Positions 41,705 through 57,070 of a DNA stretch of 64,000 nt are shown piece by piece (within the stretch, counting starts at the first letter, position 1; each line of letters opens with the position of its first letter). The notes under the pieces are model-generated. The model searched no databases. It was not told the DNA's origin and worked only from the letters and a program-made list of their open reading frames with translations. This DNA is from Eledone cirrhosa (taxonomy: Eukaryota). The DNA is taken from assembly GCA_964016885.1 (NCBI GenBank), contig OZ024740.1:333622001-333686000 (forward strand). Direction: 5' to 3'. Made by a program: the position numbers and the translations under genes.

Positions 41705-42450
41705 TTCTCGCTTCTCCACTTATCGTGAGAGTCTCATAGGAGAAGATTTCTGAAGCATCACAACGGGTCCTGTCAGGAGCAACTGTTTTCAACTGATTTG
41801 GTTGAATCCCCAAGCGAGATAAGCCGCGCTAGTGGATGTTATCCAATTATCTTGCTTGAGGTCTACACACGAGTCTTCTTTGGGTTGGTTTTGCCCGTAA
41901 AAATTGTTTGTCTAGCAAGTCTTTCCTGTGTCTTTCTAAGTACATACCCATATTATCGGTTTTGTAATCTCTCAATTCGGAAGAAGTAGCAGCTCTACCT
42001 GGAGGAAATACTCTGATTTCAGAGATACGCGTTCTATCACGTAACGTCACTTCAAAGACCATCTACATGAACAGTGCACTGCACAGGATTCTTTCAGAGG
42101 ACGAGTATTTCAGTTTTCACAACAATTATTTTCATTCCAGCCATTCAGATTTCGGCATCAAGGACCTGCCTCATGACATTCTTCTTTCTGAGAACAAATG
42201 CCACCGAAGTCAACTTCGTCTTTTATCTTTTTGGCGTCAATAAAATATTGTACCTGTTCAAGTACTAGCAGTGACATAATGGACTTTCCTTTTCCTCCAA
42301 ATTACTGGCCTTGTGCGAACGTTAGAATAATTACTAGTTTAACGAAACACGTCAACGTATCCGGCGTAAGTCTTTCATCGGGAAATAGTGAGATTGGAAT
42401 CGAACCCTATTTTGCCCACTTTCAGGTCCCAATAATAGGAGGGCGGTGAT
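41705..42450 (-). mobile_element. Decayed RTE-like LINE 3' fragment
   Basis: Scattered remnants (LEQVQYF, LDAEI, G.P.KTR); next to (TA)n; heavily degenerate. Confidence 0.45.
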
Positions 42451-43498
42451 TTTTCGAGACCCGAGAGTACATGTATCAATTAATTTTGTAAATTTGAAGA
42501 ATGTAATGAGATAGCTCACCATTTTATTAGTAAGCTGTTATTTAAAATTTCTGGTAAGGGGATGGTTTTGCTTTACATGCTCGTAAATATATGTATTACC
42601 GGTGGTAGTGCATCCGGTTTTATCGCTGGTGTTGTCATGTGTATGCTGATGAGCGATATTTAGTGAGAGAGAGGATATGATTTGGGTAATTATCGGCCTC
42701 TGTTTCCTTCATGGAATATATGTATGCTTGAATATCCCTATGTGGATATGTGTATGTGTAGATTATATTGAGCAATGTGTAAATTAAATGTGGCTTAACG
42801 GACAGTTAATAGGTGTGTATGTGTGTGTGCGTGTGTACCCGTGTGTGTGTGTGTATGTGTGCGTGTATGTGTGCGTGTATGTGTGTGTATGTCTGTGTGA
42901 TCTGAGAGGGGGGTAAAACCATTTTATTTTTGGTAAATGTTCACCGATAGATTGACATGACCATGTCAGAAGAAATTTGGAGTGTTGATCTGATGGTTAA
43001 AAGTAAGAGATATTATTTTTGGTCAGAAGGAAAATATGGTGAGTTAAAACATGAATTTAAAGGGGAATGAGGGAATAAAAAGGATTATCAGAAATTAAAA
43101 TAAAATTTGAGGTTCTGAGAGGTAAGTGAGGTTTGGTGTGTGTGAGTTTGTGAATGTGAGAGTCTGCATCAATGTGGGTCTATGTGTGCTTCTTTAAATC
43201 ATTTGTTTGTAGGTATGTGTCTGTGTATATGTATTAAAGTCGTGTATACTGTTTTGGTGTTGTTTGTGTTTATGTGAGTAGTTTTTTGTGTCTATGTGTA
43301 TTGGTGTATTTTAAAAGAAAGGTCAAGGTGTGTGTATGTGCGTATTATCAGTGAGTGTGTGTGTGTGGGTGTGTGCGCGCGTGTGTGTGTATGTATACCT
43401 GTTTACCTGTCCAGATTTTTATGTTGTTAGTGGAGTACGTTGTTTGTGTGTCTTCTTTGACCAATTTTAGCGAATGCGAGTTTAAAAGTACTACTATA

Positions 43499-43637
43499 TG
43501 TGTGGGTGTGCGACTGTGTTTATGCCTGTCTTCCTGTCCGAATGGGTGTGTGTTCTAATGTGTCTTGTGTGGGTGTGCGACTGTGTTTATGCCTGTCTTC
43601 CTGTCCGAATGGGTGTGTGTTCTAATGTGTCTTGTGT
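43499..43637. repeat. Perfect tandem duplication, 67-bp unit
   Basis: tgtgtgggtgtgcgactg...ctaatgtgtct at 43499 and 43566. Confidence 0.92.
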
Positions 43638-44159
43638 GTGCATGTAGTTATTATAAGTTCTTCAAACACATTTTAAGGGTGATGTTTGTGCTTATGTAGC
43701 AAGTGTGTAATTTAGGAGAAGGAAGTGTATGTCCCTGAATGTATTGTGTTGTGCTTGTGTGTGTATGTGCGTGTTAGTGTACCACAGAATTATATGTGAA
43801 ATTGTTTATGTTTGCTCACCTGCAACGGTATTTGTAGTTATATGTGTTTTTGTAGTTTTATGTGTTTTTTTCTATAATTAAGTTTTTGTATATATGCCTG
43901 TGTGCATGTAGTTCAGTTTAATTGGCTGTGCGTGTTTATTCTAAATATGTGTATACGTGTATGTGTGTGTACTTGTTTAAATGAGTGTCCAAGTATGTGT
44001 GTAGATAAGTTGAGTGAGCCACTACGTCAAGTGTATAAATGTGTACGTACAATTGTCATGTTTGCTTGTTTGTGTCTTCATATATGTGTTCGTTAATCAT
44101 GAGTGGTATGTATTATTACCGGGTAGGTGCGTGGATAAGTGTGCTTCATCTAAATAATA

Positions 44160-44346
44160 CTTTCTACTGTTGGCATAAAGTCAGCAATTATCCCAGTGCA
44201 TTACTGGCACTTTATTTTATTACCACGTAAGGATGAAAAGCAAAGTTAACCTCGGCGGGATTTGAACTCAGATCGTAAAGGGGCGTAACTCTATGATGCA
44301 ACGTATGGCGTCCGACCTTCTACCGATACTGCCAATCCACTGCCTT
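44160..44346 (-). mobile_element. tRNA-derived SINE, family A
   Basis: Reverse complement of family A. Confidence 0.85.
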
Positions 44347-45170
44347 GAACAATCCAGATCTAAATGATATAATGTAGTGGGTTCGTATTTGCCTGAGTTA
44401 AGTGTATATGGCTGCTAGTATACGCGGTAAATGATTGTGTCTATTGTTGTTTGTTTGAATTGTTTATATGCGTGAAATCATGAAGGATTCGTCTATATTT
44501 GCAATGGAATGTTGTTTTTTTTATTTGCAGGAATATATGCATATTTAGCATGTTTACATGTCCACACACTATTAGTGTAAATTTATATAAAATGTAACTT
44601 CATACGTATACATAAAGTTCCATATGGGTGTGTGTGAGTGTGTATTCATTTTAAGAATGTATCATATATTACATTGCATGTCATCTCTCTATTTTGTCAT
44701 ACTAAAATGCGCTGTCCTATCATTTAATTCAAATCTTGGATGGTTTCTATTTCACGTTTTAACATTTCAGGATTGAGAAAATATATTTCAAGTAATAAAC
44801 TGTTGTTCACTCCGTTGAACGTAACTCATGATTACAAAACTTGGCTTTATGACAAACCAATTCAATATGGAAATGCCGTGAAATACAGGAGGCTGAACTC
44901 GTTCATATTTAGCTTTATGGGTATACATTGTTCGTTTCCTGAACATCATAAATAATGTGCTTATTTCCGACGAAGACGTTCGAAAGACGAAGTTAAGTGA
45001 TAATATATCACAAGTACTAGATTATATATATTTTTCTATTGATTGGAGAAGGAAAACGTAAAATAGAATATATACTGGAATATTTGCGAACAGACATAAA
45101 GCAACTGAGGATGACAGAACAAATATTATACGATGTGAAATAGGTATATATAAATTTAGAAAGGATTAAC

Positions 45171-45244
<74 letters not shown>

Positions 45245-45534
45245 GTTATATGTGTGTGTGTCTGTGTATCTGCCTGAGTCTGTGTCCGTCTGTGTGTGAC
45301 TCTGCATGCCTGTGTGTGTGTGTTTGTATATTGCTTTCTATAGGTTGGCATATAAAACATTGACTACTTATCTGCATTGTCTGAAAATGTTTCCAAGTAT
45401 TTGGATCAACCACGACGGTATGATTTCTATCCCTTCCCTGCTTCCCTAGAGTTGAGGAGCTCCGATAACAATTACGGTCTTCATATTGCCAGAATACCGT
45501 AGCTTGAGTGAAGAATGTATTTCTCGTCATATTA

Positions 45535-45668
45535 AAGGTAGGTGGCCTAATGATGAATGTGCACGACTTCTGCAATTGGATCAACTCACAGACCTGGTTA
45601 CGTACTGGGTTCTTGAGCAAAACACTTCATTTCACGTTGTTCCAGTAAACAGCTGAAAATGACTACAA
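45535..45668 (+). mobile_element. Decayed SINE family B (tRNA head, CORE-like ttgagcaa.acact..atttca)
   Basis: Aligns with 56951-57070. Confidence 0.55.
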
Positions 45669-45850
45669 GCAATATATTGTATTTAATCATCAATGATCTG
45701 GCATTCTGGCCAACGAGGTGTCTTCTACTCGCAATTTTTAACGATCATGTAAAATTAAAATCACGGGTAGGCATGTTTTACATGTATATAAGAACTTTAG
45801 ATGCAAATATAAACCCAAATATATTCGTATCCATTGTATATATATATATA

Positions 45851-46283
45851 GGCGGTGGATTGGCAGTATCGGTATAGTTACGGCCCTTTATGGTTTGCGT
45901 TCAAATCCCGCCGAGGTTAACTTTGCCTTTCATCCTTATGGGGTCGATAAAAGAAAGTACCAGTCATGCACTGGACTCGATACAATCGACTTCCCCATCC
46001 CCCACAATTACTGGCCTTGTGCCTATATAAGAAACCATTATTTCAGATAAAAGGGCGGTGGATTGGCAGTATCAGTAGATGGTCGGACGCCATTCTTTGC
46101 AGCATAGAGTTACGACTCTTTGTGATCTGAGTTCAAAAGCCGCCAAGGTGAACTTTGCCATTCATCATTACGGAGTCGATAAAATAAAGTACCAGTCACG
46201 CACTGGGGTCGATTTAATTGACTTTCTCCTCCCCGAAAATTGCTGATCTTATGCCTATATAGGAAACCATTATTTCAGATAAA
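45851..46283 (+). mobile_element. Two tandem SINE family A copies (long variant with a ggggtcgat..atcgac insert)
   Basis: Units at 45851 and ~46052, both ending gaaaccattatttcagataaaag. Confidence 0.87.
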
Positions 46284-47165
46284 AGTTCTTAATTATTAAG
46301 ATTGTAATATTTAAACTTTTGCCATAATAAACCAATGCATTCTGTTTAGATCGCAAATTTACGTCGATCCTATCAATTTACTATCATCTTTTGTTGGTTT
46401 CATAATCTTCAGCTTCATTTTGCCAGGTGTCTGAATGTCGACAAATGGTTTAGGAAGCATTCTTTAAACCGGTCCTCTGCCATACCTATATAGGATGCTC
46501 TTGCTGAGTGCCGAAGCTTGTCCCTTTATTCAACAGTGCAACACACCCGCTGTAATTTACGAAACTCTAGTCACTTCTAACCGACCAAATCAACAACAAG
46601 CGGTCAAATCCTATGTAGGTATAGCGAAGGACCGGTTTAAAGAATGTTTCCTGAATCTTTGAAACACCCCGACAAACAAACTTCCACGAAGCTTGCGAGC
46701 AACATATGGTCCCTCACGGATGCAGGTGTGCATTACTCCATCCAATGGAAAATTATAACCATACGGAAATGGGAATCCATCTTGTGGGCTGAGTATAAGA
46801 ATCAATATACTGAGGAGATTGCGTAATAGCGCTTGTCTAAATACAAGATGTGGGTTCTACTCAAGTTGTGCACACGTTGCGAAATATCCATTACCTAATT
46901 TTGAAGCCCCACACTGAATACCGGTCGTAACCATTAGGCAGAGTAGCGTGAATAATCTATTATGTTCTGAGTTTTCGCAGCCCCCCCGAGCAACACACGA
47001 CCTAACGTGAGTTGCTTCCCTTTTGGGGAAGAAATCCTTCTGCACGTGCGTATTCGTGTAATTGTTTTACTTTTCCGTACAATCTCATTTAAACTGAGCT
47101 GATGACCCGTCTGAGGTGAAACAAATTGTTCTCGGAGTTGGTGAATTAACTGTTGTGGAACACTC
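46284..47165. mobile_element. Decayed PLE GIY-YIG fragments in inverted arrangement (minus ~46284-46496; plus ~46550-47165) with 3' HHR
   Basis: Plus: SYVGIAKDRFKE, LKHPDKQTSTKLASNIWSL....YSIQWKII; minus: SYIGMAEDRFKECFLNHLSTFRH; similar to 31200-31350. Confidence 0.72.
47094..47135 (+). ncRNA. Type I hammerhead motif with weak stem II
   Basis: ctgag-CTGATGA-cccgtctgaggt-GAAA-caaattg-TT^ctcgg. Confidence 0.65.
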
Positions 47166-47207
47166 TCTCTCGCTCACTCTATCTCTCTCTCTCTCTCGAT
47201 ATAGAAG

Positions 47208-47279
<72 letters not shown>

Positions 47280-48516
47280 GTGTGTGTGTGTAAAAACACG
47301 TGTATGCTTGTTTGTAAACTCGCATGTATTGCTCTATATATGCGTGAGTGTGAGAGTTTTTGTGTGTATTTATACCGAGCCACGTTCTATTTCTTTACTG
47401 AGGCTGCAGAAATGTACTAAAATATATGAAAGAGTATGAATTATGCGAAGTGTCCTGTACTTTATTTGACGTTCCATCTCTTAAAACCGAGTTGTTTTTG
47501 TTTATTTCTTGGACTAAAGATTTCTACGTTGACCCCCCTTGTGTAAGAAAGAAAAGTGCAATTTGAGAAACTTTTGTTAGTCTGTAGCAAAATAGATTCT
47601 GATTAGTGTCTCCCCTTTGTACGTTTAATTGTTGTTTATTATAAAGTGAATAATGGTGGTTTCCTAGAATATTTATATTTAATAAATAATAGATTCATGT
47701 TGACTGTCTATCATCTGCAGGAAAATTACGACTTTCATTTCTGCGTAGTTACGTAAGCAGTTTTCTCATTGGGAAGCTGCATCTGTTAGCTAATTATTTC
47801 TCTATTAATCAAATAGAATGAACGTGACGACAGTGAACAAGCAAATGACGTCCATACCTAGGTGTGAGCGAAGTGTATTTCAGTGAGAAGATCATTATCA
47901 TTTTATCTTCAACAATTTAAACTGAAGACTAGTGTTTAAATAAATACACTTGAATATCCTTCTTCCTTTCTAAATATGTGGTTATTGGTGAACACTGTTT
48001 ACATTTTGCGACCGATAATATCTCCTGCTTCATGATAGTAACATTCGAAGAAATTTTGCAGTGCAGTAAACAAATTTGAACAGAACAAATATTATAAGAG
48101 TTAAATCAATCTGGTACTGAGAAATTAAAGAATGGTGAAAATATATTTATTAAAACTATGCACAGTCATTAAAAATAAATATTTGCGAAGCAATTTGGAC
48201 GTAACTATTCTCTGTTATGACTTTCGATTTTATGTGATCTTAAACATAAAAAAAAATGAAAATTACTAACATTGATTACAAAAGAAAATAATAAATAAAG
48301 TACATTACATATAATCCAATTATTTGTTTAGATGAGACATCATAGAGAAATTTGTGAAAGTTTTCTCACATTTGCAATGGCTACAAAATGTGTTAGATTC
48401 TTGAAATTAGTTTTAAACGATGATTATTGACAAACGTTGCGTAAAGATAGACACCTAAAAAATAAAAACACATTCGTTGAACATCTGAAGTATTTTATTT
48501 CTAAATGTTACTCATG

Positions 48517-48551
<35 letters not shown>

Positions 48552-48553
48552 AC

Positions 48554-48583
48554 CGTGCCGAATGATAGTATTACATTTAAGAA
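48554..48583 (-). CDS. Candidate 30-nt phase-0 micro-exon (FLNVILSFGT)
   Basis: tatttcacag acceptor, G|gtaagt donor, open frame; product unidentified. Confidence 0.3.
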
Positions 48584-51305
48584 CTGTGAAATACATCTTT
48601 ATTTTCTATAATTGTTTAAGAAGTTTAGGTTTATATCAATAAAAATATTGATTTCAATTTTAGGTAATAATAGCTATACAAATGAACATATATAGGTCAT
48701 TTTCTAGAAGGAAAAATGGTTCGCCGAAAGGAAATTATATATGTTATTAGTTGTTGAAAAAATGGTTAGATCAATTATACAAGGCTTGAAGTACACATAA
48801 TGGTTTACAGGGGAAGAGGAGTTAGATGGTTCTACTGAGTCTAGTTGAAAGGTGAAGCTTGAAACAACATAAGAAATACTTATTTATTTATAATAGATTG
48901 GGACATAATTTTGACATTGTATGCTAATACGTATGCGTTTCTTTGTCATCTGGCATTCATAAGTATTCAGTCTGCGTGTTTATCTGTGAAGCTGAAAAAA
49001 TAACAACTATAAAAGAATTATGTTTCATCATGTTTAAACTATAGGATCGATCAACGAACGAGGAAATATCATATTTAACGCTTTGATAAAATGTTAACAT
49101 CTAGTCACAGCCAAGGCCACCATCTCAATAAGTCAAGTTTGTTAAAATCATAATGTAGGAATTCTGAATACATAATTCATATATTAATGTTATTGAAATA
49201 TACTAAATGAAAATAACAACAATTAATATCAGATGAGAAGAACATAGAATCAAAACGTATTATAATTGAGTAGAGAAGAGTTAGTAGTATAAGGAGATTG
49301 GCTAAAATTTGGAGCACCTGCAGATTGTCAAAATATACTGTCTCAGTTACTGAATTAAAATGACTGTAAATGTTAATTACTATATTGCTTTTTTGTACAA
49401 CTTCAAATGTGTAATTCAGTAGTAAAAAGAGTAACTTAGTTACAGTGAACTATTTCTATTTTATCTAAATTATTTTATTTAAATAATGCATAATTCATAG
49501 GCACATTTCATGTGTGTTTACTGCAGATAAATTTCCTCAACTTAATATGATTCGGTTTCGTAAATATCAATAATACACCAAGACACGAACAAGTAATCTT
49601 TGTCCACTTTCTTCCAGTAATTATGACGCAGTTTCTCACCAGAAAGCAATATTGGTATCGTGTGCAAATGAAGCAGCGATTGTTTTCTTTTTCTTCTGTC
49701 TACTTTGATTAAAATCGCTTTGCTGTTTAATTCCATCTGGCTATGCATCTTTGGCATCGACTAGTCAATGATAATGAGTTAAAGTAATTAGTGAGGGTGA
49801 AATAACGCGAAAGGTGTATGTCAATCTATTTAGCGTTAATGATTTTGAGAATTCGTTAACTATAAGCTACACGTTAATGTCGCACACCATTACTCTGTTA
49901 TTTAGGGAAGGAACCTATTCAATACTTTATAAGAATATGCATATAATTGGAAATCACAACTGCAGCCAAATATATTCAATTAAGAAACTTCCTAATTGAG
50001 ACAAAATATAGTGATAGAATAGGAAGAAATCTTGGAAACCATAATGACTAAAAAACAGCCATATAATATTTGCTTCATAACTGTGAATTCTCAACGCTTT
50101 CCGAAGTTATTTTCGAGATCGCTTTGAAATCATAAAATTGCAACCAATTTTCTGCTTCTTCTTACGTAAAACTGCTCTTAAACGAGACATTTTTGAAAAA
50201 GGAGCGACAGAAAATATTTGAAAAAGGGTTGTGATACAAAAATAGTTACAGAAAGAATTGTTAGAAAAACATAATGCTTAAACATAGTTCTCAGGAATGA
50301 TGGGTTTTAAATCGGTTTAGAAGGCACAGTGAATTATAAGTCGATAGGTAATACAATAACTAAATGCAATAGAGAAATAACCTTTGGACTTTATAATCGA
50401 TAAGTGTCTAAAACAGAGCCAACAGAGAATATCATCATTTCGATGTTGAACTATTTACATTTATCTGAATCAAATTGATATTTTTCTTCCTCCAGCAGAT
50501 GGAAGAGACATAATAAATGTTTCTTAGTTGTGGCTTTGTTTCATATCGGCCACAAGTGAATTCAGCTGCGAGAACAAATAGTTCTCCCGATTACATCCAT
50601 TGTCTATTTTGCCTTCCCCATCATGAAAGTTAAAGCGCTAAATCTTTTCATTATATTTATACTACAGCGAGTTATACAATATTATATATTACACTGGCAT
50701 AAATTGTATGCATCAAATGTATAACATGTTTGGATCAACTACAAACATAATAATGACGGTGGGATTGTGTCCAACAACAGATTATGTCTAGCAGCAACTG
50801 CATCAGTGATATGGTATTTCATCTCGCGTGTGCAAATTCAGCAGCACTATTATTATAAACACTTACTTCATGGCAAACTGAAGAGTAATATCATTTTCAG
50901 GTGATGGATCAGTGTAATAGTGGCAGTTATTTTGTCAACACAATTCACTCCATAAACGTTTTTATCTTGATACAATGCAGTTTTTATATAAAAGAATACG
51001 CCGCATGTTTAGTGTTTCAGATAATTAGAACACAATAACGCTAAAATGAGTAACATGAAATACGCATACATTTACTTGGTTTAGTTGAGCTACATATATT
51101 TATATTTCATTATCAATGATGAAGTAATATACCTGAATAGTGGATCAATAGATTTCATATACACTTGAACAATTAACATTGATTCAAGATTCTTTATAAA
51201 TTATGTCATGGCGTATATTATTCATTCTAATGGAAAACGGCAAACAATTCATCACATTCTATTCATTTTGTCTTGCTAATTAATTCTCCCTTCTCCTGCT
51301 CACAG

Positions 51306-51336
<31 letters not shown>

Positions 51337-51347
51337 GCATATATATA

Positions 51348-51417
<70 letters not shown>

Positions 51418-52149
51418 CACATGTTTCAATCGCCGATTGTTTGTCTTTCTCGCAGATTTCGATTTTTAATGTATTGTCTAAATCTATCACGTTTTACTCT
51501 AGTACTCTTGTTTTCATGCATTTTCAGCTACTATTTAGGTCAAAACAATTTACTTCCATATCTGAGGTGAACCACAATTACTACGCGTTCATTTGGCCAA
51601 AAGAAAAATTGTTATAATATGTAATAACAGTGATCAACGGGTGAGCAATATGAACAAAACATACAGATGCAACTCTGAATAAATACAAATTTGTCAAAGA
51701 CAGAGGTCCAAAATGTAACTGACATAGCAACGTATTGAATAAAATATTTACACATTGACATACTGAAAATGATAGAAAGATAACGAATGATAGGAATAAA
51801 ACGAATGATAGGAATAAAAGTAGAGCAGTGTTATAATAAGAATGATACACAAGTACGTTGAAGTAATTCCCACCACAGGAGAAACTGTGTTTAAAACATT
51901 GAGCGTGATTTAATGGACAATATTAGGACATGTGAAATGCTGACGTGTATGAAGAGTATATAATGGTGTTTACTTGTTATTAAACTTGCATATAAAAGAG
52001 TGCTTAGCTTGTGTCTTCCGCAACACCTATTTATTTACAAAATAAATAATAATGGAACAGGCATTGATTATATTACTTGAACATTGTGAACACCCACAGT
52101 GCCTAATTAAGCTTATATTATGTAAAATAACTTGAAGTGTCTAACACAT

Positions 52150-53150
52150 TTCAGTCTCTGAACATTTACCATCGTCATCTTGGTATTCCGGTTGCACTTT
52201 TTCAATCTGACTCAGTCCAATGTACGTGACAGCTCCTTCTGGATGCGCCCAACATCCATACATAGCAGTTTGATGTAGGCACTGCGGGCTCTGCCCTCGT
52301 TGGGATATGCATGCATTGATGTCAACAGCCGCATATCACTTACCATTTCATTCTTTGCTATCCGAATATAACAGCGAATTTGGTTTGTCTCTCACGGATT
52401 GCAGGTAGATGACTATAGAGTTACAGTGTTTTAATGTGCTGCTTCGAGGATGTACGCAAAGCAGATCTGTGCATTTATGTGGATGTGCTATCTAGTTTCT
52501 TCTCGAGTTTCATTTTGAGAGTCCATTTAATGATCATGTACAGTAGGACTGATTTGATAGTCGCGAGGAAGAATTCACGTTTTATATGTTTGGTGAGTTT
52601 TATGTTTGATTTCTAAATTATTGTCAGCGTATCATAGGTAAATCAAACTTTGCCGATGAATCAGTTTATATTACTTTCAATGAGACCTTGCTTCAGGATC
52701 TTCCAGTCTATTTTGAATTGGTCATCGTCATTCAGAAATGTATAGGATAGTGAGGTTATAGTACAATTTCAGATGGAAACACCTATTCAGTTTTGTCCGC
52801 ATTTACCCAGAACCTAACGCCTGTGGATTATTTCAAAAAACTGTTTATTATGGATACAGATTCGTGTATTGTAACCATAACATAACATGATTATCCATTC
52901 TTTTCTACTTTCCCATAATGTCCAATCCAAATAGTCTAGTAAGATTATGAATAGGTCAGTATATCACCGTGCAGAACTCCAGCGACGATGTCGAAATGTC
53001 CGATTAGATCCACGGTTATTTTGAATGCAAAAAATGTCATCGATAACCGAGAAGACTGTGAAGGAAATTAGCGACAGAAAAGGCATCACAATGTCAAAGC
53101 TAAAAGTTGCAGCAGACGTGGAATATATTCTAGGAAAGCCACCAAAGATA
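52150..53150 (-). mobile_element. Very decayed LINE RT remnant
   Basis: YADN-like and KQG remnants near 52620-52720; many stops. Confidence 0.3.
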
Positions 53151-53259
53151 ACTACTAATCGAATCGAACTGTACAATAAATGTTCAAACATACACTATCA
53201 TACGTATACATAATATCTAAATATACTGAATAAAACAAAACATTTCCAGTAGCATTATT

Positions 53260-53444
53260 GATTGGCAGTACCAGTAGAGGGTCGGACGCCATGCTTTGAC
53301 GCATAGAGTTACGGTCCTTGCCATTCTGAGTTCAAATCCCGCCGAGGTTAACTTTGCCTTTCATCCTTTCGGGGTCGATAAAATAAAGTACCAGTAATAC
53401 ACTGGTTTAATTGCTGGCCTTGTGCCAAAAGTAGAAACAATTAT
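53260..53444 (+). mobile_element. tRNA-derived SINE, family A
   Basis: Box A/B and central domain as above. Confidence 0.88.
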
Positions 53445-54950
53445 TGTAGACCTATTCGTTAGCATTTGATTTGCGCCAAATACTCTGTGGGAGATTGGAA
53501 ATAGAAAGAGAAACATTAGCGATAAATAACATTTATACATTTAGCAAACCGCAAATTCAAATCGGCACATTGGAATTTCTGTCTTTGATATATTGCTGAA
53601 CTTTTCAAATAATAGAGTGTCAGTTTATTGTGTCTCTATTTCCAAGTACTATTTTAACATTTCCGTAATGTATTCATGCAAGTATTCAAATCTATATAAT
53701 TCCATCTCTGCCAATGACAATCTCAAAATTTCGCACTATCAAATTTCAAAGTAAGTGAATGCAGTATGGTGTCTCCCAGTTCACACATACTTCCCATATG
53801 AAGATAGCTTATAATACATATTGTACATTTTATATTATTTTATATTATTGCTCACTCTCTATTATAAATGTTTACTCTCATGTATGTTCATCATATGTAA
53901 AGTAATGGCACTAAATTTACCATATACCTAACATGCTCAATGAACCAAGAGATGTGTATTCTTGAATCGTTATTTAACATGGTTATTTTGATCACATTCA
54001 CTGAGAACGATTACTTTATAAGTTGTAATATTTCCGAGCTGGAAAATTTGTATGTGAATTTACTTTAAAAATATGCAATTTCACAATACAAAAAAAAAAC
54101 TCCTCGATATTGTATTATAAACTGCTTTAAACCTAATGTTAGAATAATGAATATACCTCCAAATATATTCAATATGGGCATAGAACATTCTGCAAACTTT
54201 ATAGTTGTGATATTATCTGTGTATTTAACAATGGTAATGCTACGATAAGCCCTTAGCTATTTCCCTAGAATATTAATAGTGTTTTCTGAAAATAAATAAT
54301 TAAATACAATATTTTATTGTAAAGACCCCACTGTCTTATATATTTTTAAACTGATAAATTCATTCATAAATAATAAACTGTTTGGGCGTTATCTAAAGCT
54401 AAAATTCTTATAATTACTTCACTTATAAAGTAATAGTCGAATGTTGTATTCCTTAGATATGAAGAAAGATCAAAACTGTAATGATTGCAATCAGTTTCTT
54501 ATTAAATCGCAGGTCACTTATTTCATCTCAGTAATGTTAAACCTTATTTCAAAGAAAATATAAAAATATAATAAAGATAGTATTATAAATCGGATGTTTT
54601 ATCTGAAAATGTTTGTTGTATAAACATTGAATCTGTAAACAGTTAATTGTACAATACAAGTGAAATAACGATAACTGGTAAGAATATCACGCGTTTGCAC
54701 ACTATCCTATATCTATTATACACATGTGTATAACAATTCCAGCTTAAACCACATTCTCTTCCATCGAGCCATATATAGAATAAGGATGTCATAGATTTTC
54801 ATTTGTGAGAATAAGATGAGCAAAAGTTTTAGACATAAAATCGGAAACAAAAACCCAAAGAAATAACACCCTCGAGGATATTTCCCTATTCCTCTGATAA
54901 ACTTTATTCTTATGGTTTCTATACACCAATTTCTCTGTGTTTCATCTCAC

Positions 54951-55010
54951 CTTAGCTGGAAGATATGAAACCCACATCCTTTTCAACGATAACTCAATGA
55001 AGCATTATAT
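54951..55010 (-). other. Candidate 60-nt exon, possibly with a start codon (MWVSYLPAK, 54977-54951)
   Basis: gttttcag acceptor, AAG|gtgaga donor. Confidence 0.22.
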
Positions 55011-56950
55011 CTGAAAACTGATCAATATATATCTAAACGTGCGTATTTTATTTTCATCTGCATGTATTCCTGCGGCTACATTAAATGTTGTACTTGAAAA
55101 AACTGAAAACCCATAATATAATATATTACAGTACCAAGTGTATTTGGTTATTTCTTTCGCTTGAAAAAATACCAATCTATAAAACATGCCAGAATATGAT
55201 AACATTGCTTACTACAATAAATTCATTTAGAGAAGTATTTCATTTAAATGCCATATTACACTTGCATAAATGTTTATTGCTGTTATATCTTAGAGATATT
55301 CATATCGACTACATTGTAGACTGTTCTCAAAAACATATTGAATAGTTATATCCGGAGAATATACTCTTAGATTTACATTTATTGTCTCTAGGTTTTAACC
55401 CCATTAGTGTAGTGTTCGTATAATTATTGGATTAGTGTTGCTTATAATTCTGCTGCTATACGTATATCGTAGATATCACCCACCAAAAGTTAACATATAT
55501 TGAATTAGCAACACAATTTAACCATTATTTTACAGAAATGCTACTTCCTCATTTCTGTTGTTGTTCCCATAATAACTCATTTACACGGAACATGTTACCT
55601 AAGAATGTCAATTGAGAATTAAGTTTTAACATAAATGTTTCGTAAATCATAATCTATATTAATCAATACTATTCTAGTATGAAGTACACGAAAGCTTCTT
55701 GAAAACGCCATAATTTGGCCACAGAAACGCAAGTGTGACAACCCCAAAACATACCAAAGGATATGCATGTTAACATAAACAAAACTCATTTCTATTTATT
55801 CCTACTATAAATGCTACTGTTTCACTTTCAACATCATTCTATAGATGTTTTGTGAATAAGTCCTGTAAAGACTATAACACATTTGAATTATCAATCCACC
55901 CAAATCGCGCCCACGAAGCCAAGAATATAAGTTCAAAATCAACATGGGGTATTAATATTTCGGGATTCTCACAAAGATTTTGTCATTGTTTTTAGGACTG
56001 AATCTTTCATCTACTAAAACAGTCAAACATGTCCATGTCCATCCATATATGGATTTTATTCCCAATCTTTCAATTTATAAAAAAACACAAACAATACTAT
56101 ATATGAAATATATATATATATATACAAACATTCTAATAATTAGACGTATTGTTTTTAACACCGCATGCGTTAACATTTGAAGTTTAATGCAACGAGATTT
56201 ACGTTTTTATTGCCCTTTTGTGCTAGTAAAATAATAGTTAACATCTCTATATGTAGCGATGTTATATTATATATGCATTTGGATCGCTCAGATAAATCTT
56301 CATCTATTATCTCATCTATTTTATATTCTCTTATAGCTGAGTCTAACGCAATCCTTTTTTTTTTCTTTTGCCGGGGGGTGCACCGTTCTTCTCTTGAAAC
56401 GAACGTGGTATACAATTCTTCTCATCAAGAAACGTTCTGCACGGTATCTGCCGTTGATCACAATAGTTGTATATAATGGTTGTCATTGGATAATTTTGTA
56501 CCCAACATAAACTACCTTTACATTTTCAGTGCTATCATTAACACATTGCTGAATTTTACCTTTTCTTATTTGTAGTATTATTCTTCCATCGCTTGCTCTT
56601 TTTCTAATTCTCACAAGAAAGTATTTAGCTGACATTACTATCCTACTTCCACCAGTCACAAACATTCCTGTTTTTCTGCCAATGTATCTCCTTCTGTACT
56701 CTGCTTCTTTGATCATAATCACAAATCTTTCTTGCATGACTATCATCAAATTGTTTCTTCCAATATACTTTGTCATTACTGGCTCTTGACCATAGTCCCG
56801 CCAGCACTACCATCCTTTCATTATTTCCTCCCGTTTCCCATCTCAACCACATTATTTAGTCTCATCATAAATTTACACCTTTCATCCACTCCTGGCTCCT
56901 CTCACATTCCTGTTAATTCCGTTCGCCCTTTTAATTATGATGCATTAAGT

Positions 56951-57070
56951 GAAGGTGTGTAGCTGAGTGGTTAGAGAATTGGATTCACAATCTTGAGGTT
57001 GTAAGTTCGATTCCTAGACCGGGCGATGCGTGACCTCCTTGAGCAATACACTTTATTTCATGTTGCTCCT
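56951..57070 (+). mobile_element. SINE family B 5' part (tRNA-derived head)
   Basis: Box A tagctgagtgg, box B agttcgattcc, then ccttgagcaatacactttatttca. Confidence 0.7.

Noticed and set aside
44963-45000. CCGACGA-agacgttc-GAAA motif
   Set aside because: Stem I is plausible but stems II and III are not; not counted
49542-49757. 71-aa ORF or possible exon
   Set aside because: No consistent splice sites or domain; may be LINE debris
56951-57025. tRNA gene
   Set aside because: No proper acceptor stem; continues into a SINE body
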